From contig OZ024752.1 in NCBI GenBank assembly GCA_964016885.1, positions 24,738,001 through 24,802,000 of the forward strand: a DNA stretch of 64,000 nucleotides, in the 5' to 3' direction. The notes beneath the pieces are model-generated. The model saw only the letters and a program-made list of their open reading frames with translations. It made no database searches and had not been told where the DNA came from. Position numbers and translations under genes: made by a program. Each line of letters opens with the position of its first letter. Position 1 is the first letter of the stretch. Of the stretch, positions 49,611 to 61,712 are shown piece by piece. Source of the DNA: Eledone cirrhosa. Taxonomy: Eukaryota.

Positions 49611-52600
49611 TCTATATATATAAAGTGAGGTGGGCGTTGGTGGTTTGTTTGTTTGGTGTTCCGAACTACACCGTTCATCCGATTTTCATGAAACTTGACA
49701 CATATATAAAATTCGACCTGTAGATTGGAATAGGCTACTTGAAATTTTCGAAAAATTGATAATCGGTTCCCCAGAAGCCAAAAATCGATATTTTCAAAAA
49801 TCGTCCGATTTCGATGAAACTCGACTCAAGTGTGTATTCTGATCCGGGGATGAACGTGGGCTACATTAAATTTTCGAAAAAATTTCGATAATTGGATCAC
49901 CAGAGGCAAAAATCGATATTTACGAAATTTGTCCGATTCCAAAGAAATTTGACGTAGGTATGTATTTTGATGCGGGGATCAACGTGGGGTACTTGATAAT
50001 CGGACCTCCAGAGGCAAAAATCCGGCAACCTAAAAACGCCATTCTTCTTGCTTCCATTTGTCGCGACTCCCGCCATGCAAAAAACGTTCAATCTATCAGG
50101 ATTATCCACCGTAAGTCTCTTTAAATTAACGCTCAACATATTCAGCAAGCCTTTTATGCCGATTCTTCCATTTCTTATATAAGGACTATCAAGACTATGC
50201 CGCCGCGCATCATCCGGTATTGCGCCCAGTCTTCTCAAGCGATCATTGAGCCTCCATGCGCTCTCTTCATTCACGTGGTCCCACTACCCTAGCATAATGA
50301 GGCATCCGTCAACCCCTGCCCTCTCCCTCCCCTGTCAGCTGCAATTCATACCCCGCCCCTTTCCATTGCCTGCCCTCCGTGGTCCCTAAGTACTGCCACG
50401 GCTCAACATGCCGAATCCCTGCCACCGTCCACCCCTGCCCATTTCCATTGCCTACACGCCGTCGTCCCACTGCATCGTCATGCCTCACCATGCCGCATCC
50501 ATGCTCTGTCAGCCGCCATGCCCTCCCCTGCCCTCTCCCTTGCCCGCACCCCTTGATCCCTCACGACTGCCATGGCCCACCATGCGACATTCCTGCCCTG
50601 TCAGCAACTTGCTCAAATGTCATCAGCATGGTTTATTCCTGCGCCGCACATAACCGCCCATTATCTCAGACCAAAGACAGCACCGAACATGAAGACGATC
50701 CTATGTAAGTCTTTTTACATTCATTTTGACCATATTTAACAAAATTAAACAAAAATTCGTCTCTTTCTCCTCCAAAGTCTACCGATAAACATCCTGCCTT
50801 GCACCCGGTTTTCTCAAACAATCATCGTGCCTCCCGGTGCTCTCTACATCCCCGAGGTGCAACTCAATTGGCATGCCGCATCCACGCTCTGTCAGCCGCC
50901 ATGTACCCTACCCTTTCGTCATGCCTCATCATGTTGCACCCCTGCCCTGTCAGCCGCCATCCACTCCCCGACCCTTTCCACTGCCTAGCCATGGCAATCT
51001 TGAGGGACCAAGTCGCATCCCTGTCACCGTCAACCCCTGCCCTCTCCGTTCCCTGCACGTCGTCGTCCCACTGCATTGTCATCCATCACCATGCCGCATC
51101 AATGCTCTGTCAGCCGCCATCCCCTCCTCAGCCATTTCTTTTGCCTGTCCGCAGTGCTCCTTCAAGATTGCCATGGCTCACCATGCGGCATCCTTGCCAC
51201 CGTCCACTCCTGCCCTCTTCCTTGCCTGCTGGCCGTCGTCCCACTGCATCTTCATGCCTCAGGATGCCGCATCCATGCACTGTCAGCCACCATCCCCTCC
51301 TCGGCCCTTTCTTTTGCCTGACCGCCGTGCTCCTTCATGACTCCCATGGCTATCTATGCCGCATCAATTCCTTGCCACCCGTTTAAATGTCATCAGCATG
51401 GCTTATTGTTGCCCCATTTGATCACCGATTTTCGCAGGCTAAACACAATACCAACATGCACGATAGTCCATGGTAAATCTTTTTAATTACATGTTCATCA
51501 TGCTAAGCAAAGGATGAATAGCAACTCTTTCATTTCTCCTGACATGCCTTTCTGTCAATTATGGCCGAGAAGCATCCTGTGTAGCATCGTGTCTTCTCAA
51601 GCGATCAGCGTGACTTCCACTGTCCTCACAATTGATTCACAACGCCGCATATATTCCCTGAGACGCCCCTAAACATCATCAGCATGGCTTATTTTTCTGC
51701 CGCGTTTAACCGGCCCTCATTCTAGGCCATAAACAACAAAACCGCACGATGATGCTGCGTAAGTCTATTTAAATTAATGGTCAACATGTTCAGCAAAACG
51801 ATTGTACCAATTCTTCCTCTTCACCTCCAAGGCCTATCCATTACATCTTAGAGGTCGGCATTCGCAATTTCTACGATTTCAATATTGACAACAGTCCGTC
51901 AGGTTTTTCGGCACATGTTGCTCCGATAGGAATATCAACGTGATTTTTCACTTAATTCGTAAGTGTTCAGTCTTCCATATGCTTATTTTTTATTGATACA
52001 ACACCGACTACAATCATCTAACTTCACTTTGTAGGTTAGACGCGAATTACAAGGAAAACAATCCTCTGATATACACCCCCACCAAATTCTTTGGTCTACC
52101 AAGATTTCAATGGCTATATCCTTTGCTTTTGTACGGTTGTACATTTGACAATGTCGCAAAACATTATTCCACTTGATTCTTACCTTTTAGCTATGAATTG
52201 GGCAGTGCCTTAAAATCCCGGTTTATTTGCGTGCAATTTTTTGGTATCTTATGAATGGAGAATCGAAAACCCTTTTTCTCATAACCTGATACATGCATTA
52301 CACATGCTCCATGGATGTTTGTGGACTATATTTTCAAAATACCAATATCACAGATTGGAGCACAAAAAGAAACGTTTGTTCTTCATTTATTTCGGTTAAA
52401 GCATCCTGCTGGAATTTAGCGCAGACCCGTTTAAATCCAGCGCCTTATAACCCCGATTGTAATCGGGTACACCAGCTAGAAAGACAAATGGAAACAATGT
52501 TTCCTCGGTCCGATTTGATGAAAGTCGATTTAGTTCCACAAGAAATTAACAAACCATACTTGAAGACACGTTGAGGCTGTTGCAAGGGCAATAACCCTAG

Positions 52601-53183
52601 ACACAATTTTGATCAACTTATTTTCACCTATAGCAAATTTACCGGGACAGGTTTATAGCTACTCAAATCTACTTCAGATGTCACGCATTCCTGTAAAAAT
52701 ATCAATAAAACTGAAGCGGGGGTTCGACTTTGCGCAAAAGACAAGGCAAAGTTGCACATGGGAAAACTTTTTACAGGAACGTCCGATTTTCTTGAAAACT
52801 GTCGCAAAAGACTCACCATTATGCCGCGGTTCAGATAAAGTCCCTTTTATTTCTTTTTCTGCACATGTGAGCGCGAAAATTGTAAAAGAAAAAAAAAACT
52901 GAAAAGATCGACTTTTTCACGCTGCTTTAAAAATCAACTGAAAATTCAATTTCAAGTGAATTTGACTTCCGTCAGTCGTGCAAAGAACAATTTCAACGAT
53001 ACACTGTGAACCTACAATTGATCCATTATTTATGCTCAATTACACACCTACGTCTCCTAACCTCTTTTTTTCCTTGAGGTTCGAAGGGTTTTGCACCTGT
53101 GATACGCGGGAAGTAACTTTCACACATTTTAACAACAGAGCAGAGGTCGACTTACACCCGGGCAAAGCTGGGTACTTCTGCTA

Positions 53184-53184
<1 letters not shown>
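49611..53184 (+). mobile_element. Non-autonomous Helitron with internal repeat cargo
   Basis: A|TCTATATATATAAA start; 3' hairpin acccggg-caaag-ctgggt followed by CTAG|T; inserted in a TA tract; no RepHel. Confidence 0.85.
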
Positions 53185-53220
<36 letters not shown>

Positions 53221-53309
53221 AACGAGTAGGACCCCGACGGCTGAGCTCAAGCCGTTTCGACGGCAAATTCTGGACTAAATGAACATCTCGGCTTCGGAGT
53301 TCAGAATAA

Positions 53310-53753
53310 TGTAAATAAATTAGTTGAACGAAAATGACAGAAGTTATTAAAATCATTTTTAATTATAACAGGACACTGGGTTGTATGTACAATATTTATT
53401 TAACAAGGTTGAGCTATGTAGAGCTGAATAGTTGACATGCCAAGAGAGATGAAAGAATGAATTAAAGTTAGTTGTTTACCGTTTTGAAGTCAGCGCGCAT
53501 TAGTCCAAGAGGTCTTTACATTACCATGTTCAGGTTGCCAGAGAGTATACCCTCGGCGGAACGCGCCTGGCCGAAGGGCCGGGCAGGTTAAAAGAGAGGG
53601 AGATAGCTTTCAGCTATCTCCTTTATAGTTCCCCGGACGGAAGGGACAAAGAAGGTTCTGCCACCTCAACGGGAAGTAACTCCAGCTACTTCCTGTCTAG
53701 AGAGCGCTACTGGTGAAGTGATCGTCATAACAAGGGAGGCAACTCTTGCTACA
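53310..53753 (-). mobile_element. Possible LTR remnant
   Basis: TGTA...TACA ends; minus-strand TATAAA (~53622) upstream of AATAAA (~53395); no TSD found. Confidence 0.33.
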
Positions 53754-53764
53754 TCATAAAAGTA

Positions 53765-53890
53765 ATAATTGTTTCTACTTTTTAGCACTTTTTGCCAGCA
53801 ATTACCCAGATGATTACTGGTACTTTATTTTATCGACCGCGTAAGGATGAAAGGTAAAGTTAACCTCGGCGGGATTTGAACTCAGACCAT
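53765..53890 (-). mobile_element. tRNA-derived SINE family 1
   Basis: Reverse complement of the family body and B-box. Confidence 0.82.
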
Positions 53891-53977
53891 CCATTAAACT
53901 AATAATAATTGGGCATACGTCAAGACGGGCGGTTTCAAAAGTGAAAGTAAATTTATTTTCATTTTCGAACGTCGTGT

Positions 53978-54200
53978 TTACATTTTGTGTGTGTGTTCAA
54001 ACGAAACATGCTGGCGACGAAGCTTCTTCTTTGCACGGCTCCATGTGTTCTTTATGAGCTGTGTGTGCACATCAAGGTCCGCAGGATCTACAAAGTTCCG
54101 TTCGAGCACCACAACATCATGAACGTAAATCCCACCTTCAATTTCCGAATACGAAGCCCAACCATCGGAGATGATGCGGCTGCCTGGCAAAATCCCTGCT
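53978..54200 (-). mobile_element. Merlin / IS1595(ISXO2)-like DDE transposase fragment
   Basis: PGSRIISDGWASY...NFVDP..VHTQLIKNTWSRAK fits the ISXO2/Merlin SDxWxxY and HTQxIExxW motifs, with the catalytic E changed to K. Confidence 0.72.
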
Positions 54201-54370
54201 ACGGTTTTTATTTTGCTGATTCTACGTTCTGTACTCTTGTATATTTACTTATTTTTTTCTCCCTTACCTCCCCTTATATTTTACCTCCTCTTATGCCCCC
54301 CCCCCCTCCCCCCATATATTCTTTTTGTTTTGCCCTTCACATACCTATGTGTATGTGTATGTATATTTGT

Positions 54371-54444
<74 letters not shown>

Positions 54445-54513
54445 ATGTGTATGTGTATATATATGTATATTTGTGTGTGTATATGTATGTATATGTGGAT
54501 AAACCAGGTTTTT

Positions 54514-54572
54514 TTCATTCTGAAGATTGAAGGAAAATTTTTTTGCTTTTAAGAAACCACTGGTGAATGGAA
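54514..54572 (+). ncRNA. Hammerhead motif (family A) with non-cleavable GUG triplet
   Basis: uucauu CUGAAGA uugaagg..cuuuuaa GAAA ccacugg UG aaugga. Confidence 0.72.
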
Positions 54573-54702
54573 TAATTGCCTTGTGTTGCTTTATTACTTT
54601 ACTACTATATATACGTTTATGTAAGGTTCATTTGAATTATCTAAGACATGTATATGTGTGTGTGTATGTGTATGCATATGTGTATGTGTACGTATATGTG
54701 TA

Positions 54703-54765
<63 letters not shown>

Positions 54766-54796
54766 ATATATGCGTGTATGTATGTGCGTGTGTGTG

Positions 54797-54844
<48 letters not shown>

Positions 54845-54961
54845 TATTTGGTTGTGCGTGTTTATGATATATACGTATTTGCATGTGTATAATTGTTTAG
54901 CTATGTATGTATACGTATATGTGTGTGTGTGTGTGCGTTTATATTTTTGTATATATATATA

Positions 54962-57200
54962 TGTATTACAATGAAGCGTTAGCTAGAGCAGGATATAGTG
55001 ATAAAATTATGTACATAGATAATAATAGACAAACTAACCAAAATAACAACAATTTTAATTACGGCAACAACTTTAACAACTATAATAGAAAGCATTACAA
55101 TAATTCCAAAAGCCAAAAAAGAAATAGAACTAGGAATATAATATGGTTTGCCCCCCCCCTTTTTCACTAAACATTAAAACCCACATCGCTAAACTATTTT
55201 TTAATGCTCTTGATAATCGCTTCCCTAGAACACATAGGTATCACTCAATTTTCAATAGACATACTATAAAATTAACCTACTCATCCACCAAAAATTTAGC
55301 ACAAAATATTAATAGAATAAATAATAGGAATTTAAAACCTAGCCAAAATACCGATAATAGCATAAATAATATCCAAGTTAACAAATGTAACTGTAGAGAT
55401 AGATCTAAATGCCCGTTAAATAACAATTGCTTAGTTAAAAATATAATATACAACTGTAATGTTAAAACGGACTTAAATTCTTTTAACTATGTTGGTTCCA
55501 CCTCGACAGAATTTAAACTTCGCTATAATAACCACAAGAATTCTTTCACAGATCCAAGCAAAAAATCCTCAACATCACTATCAGGCCTACTCTGGCAACT
55601 TAGGCATGATAACGTTGGATATTCAACGGCTTGGAATATAGTCTCAAGAGGGATTCCTTTTAATTCATCCTCTGAGACATGTGACCTCTGCGCGGAGGAG
55701 ATATTCTTTATACTAAAATCTAAAAATTCCCTTAATTTACGGACAAATTTATTCAGTTGCTGCAGACATAGATTGAACTCAACTTTTAAATATAAATATA
55801 AATTTAAAATGTAGTATATTTAATTTGATTTATAATTATTTATGAAACTCGCCGATAAATCTTTCGATTCCTTTTTATTTTAAACATTCTTCATGAATAA
55901 TTAAACTACCCTAAAAGCTGATGCTCCAAATATATCGAATAAATTTTACACTAGATAAACTTCTATATTAAATATAAGACCATCTGTAGATCAATGGGTA
56001 TCCTAAACTTTTGGAATGTTTTCTGCTAGACAGGATTTGGTAAATAATTTTGGTTTTGTTTGCTTTTGATTCTGATGCTTATAACGAACTTGGCAATATA
56101 TTGTCAATTAACTTCGAAGGGTTGATCTCTGTGGTTGATTTGCGGGGCATACTATGTTTTATTTTTATTTTAATATTTTTAATATTTTTAATATTTTTAT
56201 TTTTAATATTTTTTTGATTTTTTTGTTTTTTATTTACTTTTTGTTTCTGATATTTTTATTGATATATTGATATCTGTTCTCTATTTATGCTTGAACGATA
56301 ATCATGTAGAGTAAAGACATGAATAGTATTGTTAAAATTAATGTAGACTCTATATATATTTGTGTGTATGTACACATATATGTATACTTAAATTTTTATA
56401 GCACAATGAGAATGTTTTTGTGTGAAATAGGAATTTGCAGAGCTGATCACGTAAATTCACATGGATGTGTATAGTATAAAATCTGGGATAACCTTCTATT
56501 TTATCTCAACTCTAATTATAAACCTAGGAATTTTAGACTAGACATATGATCATTATTTTTCACACATTATTGATACGTGTCTCATTCATGAATACTGATA
56601 TTTACATTATAATGCCTGGTTTATACGAATTGATATTTTTTTTTTACATTGATGAAACATAGTGTTTTAAGTCTGGATATTTTTCTTTTCTCTCTATGTA
56701 ATGGCTGTTTTCTCTCTTAACCACATATATCTCTCTCTACATTAATACTAGAGCTAAATAAATAAATAAATAAATAAATAAATATATCATTGATACATCA
56801 TTCAACTGGTGCCCAACTACCTAGTTTCTTTCTCTCTATCTCTATCTATATCTATCTCTCTATATTTTCTCTCTCTCTCTCTCTCTCCTCTCTTCTCTCT
56901 CCCTCTCTCTCTATCTATCTCTCTATATCTATCTCTTTCTATTTAGTTGCATGCATTTTCTTCTTTTTCTTCGTTTTTCTTTCTTTCTTTTTATAACTGT
57001 CCCTAATATTTTTTCACTACCAAATCAACTTTTCAAATAGAAGTCGAAGTTGAAAGGTATGTCGAATCTATCTATTTATAAGACTGTTTATATTGTATTT
57101 TGTCTGAAGAAGGCATAACATATTTTTAATATGATATCCCTGAAATATATATAATGAAATAAATATGGTTTTATAAATATAGTTTCCATTTATTTAATAT
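54962..57200 (+). mobile_element. Penelope-like element, Naiad-type, 5'-truncated: GIY-YIG end plus long 3' UTR/pLTR (family B)
   Basis: [37 protein letters not shown]...YVGST, CDLC...CRH, stop at 55814; HHR at 57096. Linkage of the UTR to the ORF is inferred from position. Confidence 0.82.
57096..57161 (+). ncRNA. Type I hammerhead ribozyme (family B)
   Basis: uauuuugu CUGAAGA aggcauaacauauu..aauaugauaucccu GAAA uauaua UA augaaaua. Confidence 0.75.
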
Positions 57201-57202
57201 CG

Positions 57203-57241
<39 letters not shown>

Positions 57242-57664
57242 ATATAATTACATATACATGTGTGTGTGTATATATTGTATACGTGTGTGTGTGTTTGTGT
57301 ATGTATGTGTATGTATGTGTATGTATGTGTTTATGTATTTGTATATGTATATTTATGTGTGAGATTGTGTGTATGTGTTTACTATTTCGTACGTATGTAT
57401 ACGTGCATTTGTGTGTATTACTTACCACGCGTGTCTGTCCGGTTAGCTGCCTCATGTAACGGTGTCAAAATTTTTTTAATATATATATATTTTTTTCTTA
57501 TATTTATTTGCGTGTGTGAATATGTAGAGGAGTGCATTTATGTATGTGTATGTGTATGTACGTTATGTATGTTTGTGTGAATGTATGTATGTATATGTGT
57601 GTGTGTATGGCTATGTTTGTGTATGTGTATGCTTGTACACACACATATGTATGTGTATGTGTGT

Positions 57665-57689
<25 letters not shown>

Positions 57690-57698
<9 letters not shown>

Positions 57699-57747
57699 TT
57701 CAGGGATATCATATTAAAAATATGGTATGCCTTATTCAGACAAAATA
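57690..57747 (-). ncRNA. Hammerhead (family B), G8->U and truncated at the cleavage site
   Basis: Minus strand CUGAAUA...GAAAuauaua runs straight into (TA)n; the 3' strand of stem I is absent. Confidence 0.65.
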
Positions 57748-58196
57748 CAATATAAACAGTCTTATAAATAGATAGATTTGACATACCTTACAACTTCAAC
57801 TTCCATTTAAAAAGTTGATTTGGTAGTGAAAAATGTTAGGGACAGTTATAAAAAGAAAGAAAGAAAGAAAGCGAAGAAAAAGAAGAAATGCATGCAACGA
57901 AAAACAGAGAGAGATAGATATAGAGAGATAGATAGAGAGAAGAAATTCATGTAAAGAAAAAACAGAGAGAGTTTCTTCTCTCAAAAAAACAGAGAGAATT
58001 TCTTCTCTCTATCTATCTCTCTATATCTATCTCTCTCTGTTTTTCGTTGCATGCATTTCTTCTTTTTCTTCGCTTTCTTTCTTTCTTTCTTTTTATAACT
58101 GTCCCTAACATTTTTCACTACCAAATCCACTTTTTAAATGGAAGTTGAAGTTGTAAGGTATGTCAAATCTATCTATTTATAAGACTGTTTATATTG

Positions 58197-58262
58197 TATT
58201 TTGTCTGAAGAAGGCATACCATATTTTTAATATGATATCCCTGAAATATATATAATGAAATA
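58197..58262 (+). ncRNA. Type I hammerhead ribozyme (family B)
   Basis: uauuuugu CUGAAGA aggcauaccauauu..aauaugauaucccu GAAA uauaua UA augaaaua. Confidence 0.77.
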
Positions 58263-58417
58263 AATATGGTTTTATAAATATAGTTTCCATTTATTTAATA
58301 TCGTAAATATACTCCAAATACTTGTTGAGTGCTTTTATATCAGTTATAAATATTTACTCGTTGTAACCCAACAATTTAAATAAAACTTTGCATATATATA
58401 TATATATATATATATAT

Positions 58418-58650
58418 CTTCTCTATGTTTTTCCACCCAGTATTTAACCGCCTTTATTCCTAAATCATGTGTAATGTTGGTGTAAAGGCTTACCACATCA
58501 AAACTGAGTAGAAGTGAATTCGTTTCCGTGGTTTTGGGAAGATGGGACAGGAAGTCGATATCATCCCGGATGAAACTGGGTATGTGAATACATAGTGGTT
58601 TCAAAATAATGTCAACAAAATTGCTTAGACGGTGAGTGGGGCATGTCCCT
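58418..58650 (-). mobile_element. PLE reverse transcriptase fragment
   Basis: CPTHRLSNFVDIILKP..PSFIRDDIDFL..LLSFDVVSLYTNITHDLG. Confidence 0.8.
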
Positions 58651-58908
58651 TTTTTTTCCGTATAAGATTCTTTGCCTGTGTTCTTACAATTGTATTTCTA
58701 TGATTTTTTGTTCACGATCGCCTGTGTTATTACCTTCATGATTTTTTGTCTTTAATTTTCCGGTGTTTACTCCCCCTCCCTACGTTTTTCTGTTTCTTTT
58801 TCCCTTCCCCGTCTCTGCCTATCCTTCGCACTCACCCCTTCGTTCACTCCACCCCGCTTCACACCCCTGCCCTCTCATCCCTCCCCCTGCTTTCACCCAA
58901 CGCCCATC

Positions 58909-61712
58909 ATGCCCAACCTGAGATCCTTTCTCCACCAACTCCACAATCGCCTCAAACTTTTCCTCACCCCCCTCCTTCCACCCTGCTATCTCCCCTCCGC
59001 CCTTCAACTCTCCTACCTTCTCTTCGCCAAAACCCGGCACTCCAGCCACATCCATTTCCTCAGCCACTGTCTCCGCCTCCACCTTATCCCCCTCGGCTTC
59101 CGTCTACACTTCCACCCCTCCCCCGCTGCTTCCCCCTCCACGCAACGTATCCTCACCCGATCCTCACGCCTTCTGATGCGCAACTCCATCCGCGCCTCCC
59201 GTTCCACCCTCCGCCTACTTGACCACCAACTGACCCCCACCCTCCTCCGCCTTTACTCCACCTGCCACCCCCTCCTCGCCCAAGCCATCCTCTCCTTCAT
59301 CCACAACCTCAACCACAACCTCTTCTCGTTCCTCAGCTCCACCAAAGCCCGCAAGCTACACTCACTCCACCCCTCCCCCCATCCACCACCACCCGCCCAT
59401 CCCCATACGCCCACCACTCTCCACCTCTCCCCCGACCCACACCCCTACCCAATCTCCACCCCCTCACCCCTCACCACACCCTCCCTTTCCTCCCCAAACC
59501 CCCAAACCCCACCCCTTGTTGTCACCATACCCCCTGACCTCCCCCTCTCCGCACCTGAGCGCTCACTCCTTAGTAGAGGCCTTCGCTTCATACCCCACAC
59601 TCCGCTCAGCGACGAGTTCCGCACCCGAACGGAAGTCGAGCGATTCGTGCGACGCACTAAGCTACAGGCACATTTCAGCCGAACGCCACCGGCTCCGGAC
59701 GCCCCAGACCCGTTTCTCGCCCTGGGCCGACGACCATCTTCTTGGACGCCGGCCCCAGGGCAATTTAGCACCCTGGACGCCTTCGTCGATGCCAGCCGTA
59801 GCGCAGTAAATCGTTTCGACTTCCGCCACCGTTCCAAACGGCACAATATCTCACGGGGCGAACTCCTCGCTCTCCGCTCCCTCCGTAGCCGAGATGACAT
59901 CGTCATCAAACCGGCGGACAAGGGAGGCGCCGTGGTGGTATGGCGCGCGGACCTCTACACGGCCGAAGCCCTCAGGCAGCTCTGTAACCCCTCTTTTACA
60001 GCCCTCTACCCTCCGATCCCACCCCCCTCTACCAACAACAAGTCTCCTCCACCATCAAAGACCTTATCGCCTCCTCCCTCCTCCCCCCCACCGCTTCCCA
60101 CCTCATCGTCCGCACCCCCCGCACCCCCACCATCTACTTCCTCCCCAAACTCCACAAACCCGACAACCCCGGCCGCCCCATCGTCTCCGCTTGCAACTGC
60201 CCCACCGAACTCATCTCCGCCTTTCTCGACTCCCTCCTCGCCCCCCTTGTCACCACCCTCCCCTCCCACATCTCCGACACCAACCACGCCCTGCGCCTTT
60301 TCGACTCCTTCACCTACCTACCCGGCCCTCAGCCATTCCTCTTCACCCTAGACATCAAGTCCCTCTATACCGTCATCCCCCACGCCGACGGCCTTCGCGC
60401 CCTCAAACACTACCTCGACCTTCGCCCCTCCCCCATTCCCTCCACCCCACCCCCTTCGCCTCGCCGAGCTGGTCCTCACCCTAAATTGTTTCTCCTTCTC
60501 GGGTGAGTTTTACCAACAGGTCACGGGGGTAGCCATGGGCACAAGAATGGGCCCGAACTATGCCAACCTTTTTGTTGGCCATGTTGAGGCCCAAATCTTT
60601 GCCCAGTACACCGGCCCCACGCCCAAACTGTACGGTCGTTACATTGACGACTGTATCGGAGCCACGACCCTCATCCGAGTACAGCTCGACTCCTTTCTCT
60701 CCTTCTTCTGCTCCTTCCACCCCTCCCTCCACTTCACCACCTCTATCTCCACCACCCACGTCCACTTCTTAGACATCTCCGTCGCCTTCGACCCCTCCCA
60801 CCACTCCCTCGTCACCTCCGCCTTCTTCAAACCCACCGACTCCCACTCTTACCTCGACTTCACCTCTTCCCACCCCACCCACACTAAACTCTCCATTCCC
60901 TACTCCCAACTTCTCAGGATCCGCCGCCTCTGTAGCCGTGATGCTGACTTCGAGTCCCAGGCCCTTTCCCTAGTCAACCATTTCATCCGCAGAGGTTACC
61001 CCCCCTCTCTCGTCTACACCGCTCTCACCCGCGCCCGTGCTATCCCCCGCTCCACCACCCTCACCCCACGCCACCGCACACCCACCCACCGTCTCCCCTT
61101 CCCCATCACCTACCACCCCTCCACCGCACCCCTCCACCGCACCATCCGCCGCCTCTTCCGACGCCTCCAGTCCGACCCCTCCACCTCCCACATCTTCCCA
61201 ACCCCACCACTCCCCTCCTTCAAACGCGCACGCAATCTCCGCACCCTCCTCGTCCACAGCTCCCTACCCCCCAACCCACGCTCTGGCTCCCCCCCCGGTT
61301 CCTTCCCCTGTTCTAGGCCCCGCTGCAACACCTGTCCCCACATGACCAACACTACCACCTTCCAGGGTCCCAACGGCCACTCTCTCTCGGGCCGGCATGC
61401 CTTCCGCTGCACCTCCTCCAACCTAGTCTACGGACTTCGTTGCACGGAGTGCAGCGCGACTTATGTCGGACAGACGGGACGTCGCCTGGCGGACCGAGTC
61501 ATGGAGCACCTCCGGGATATTCGTCTCGGGGGCAGTTCCCCCATCGCCCGCCACTTTGGTGGCCCTGGACACTCCGCACGCCATCTCACAGTCTGTGGCC
61601 TACTCCAGTGCCACGGAACACCCGCCCATCGCCTTACGGTCGAACAACGCACTATCTTCATCTTACAGACCCACACTCCCCCGGCCTGAACTCCCCACCC
61701 TTATTCCTTTAG
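58909..61712 (+). CDS. PLE RT + GIY-YIG endonuclease polyprotein with 3 apparent single-base frameshifts
   Basis: LSRGLRF, KPADKGGAVVVW; then (shifted frame) YFLPKLHK, GRPIVS, LDIKSLYTVIPH; then GVAMGTRMGPNYANLF, RYIDD, CSRPRCNTC, LVY..CTEC..YVGQTGR, and PGLN after the last shift. Confidence 0.8.

Larger units (their letters stand above)
57690..58390. mobile_element. Second inverted pair of family-B pLTRs
   Basis: ~57690-57948 is the reverse complement of ~57996-58254; the right arm continues into leader sequence shared with 13742-13825. Confidence 0.82.

Noticed and set aside
53978-54200. Bacterial IS1595 insertion or contamination
   Set aside because: Eukaryotic Merlin transposons share these motifs, and the fragment is embedded among host SINEs and microsatellites.
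55380-55790. Selenocysteine (UGA) codons in Naiad cysteine motifs, as reported for some Naiads
   Set aside because: The Cys motifs here and at 22.3-22.7 kb and 25.7-26.2 kb show no in-frame TGA at those sites.
59894-60484. Pro/His-rich, extensin-like ORFs (also 58746, 61037)
   Set aside because: Off-frame readings of the C-rich PLE coding sequence.
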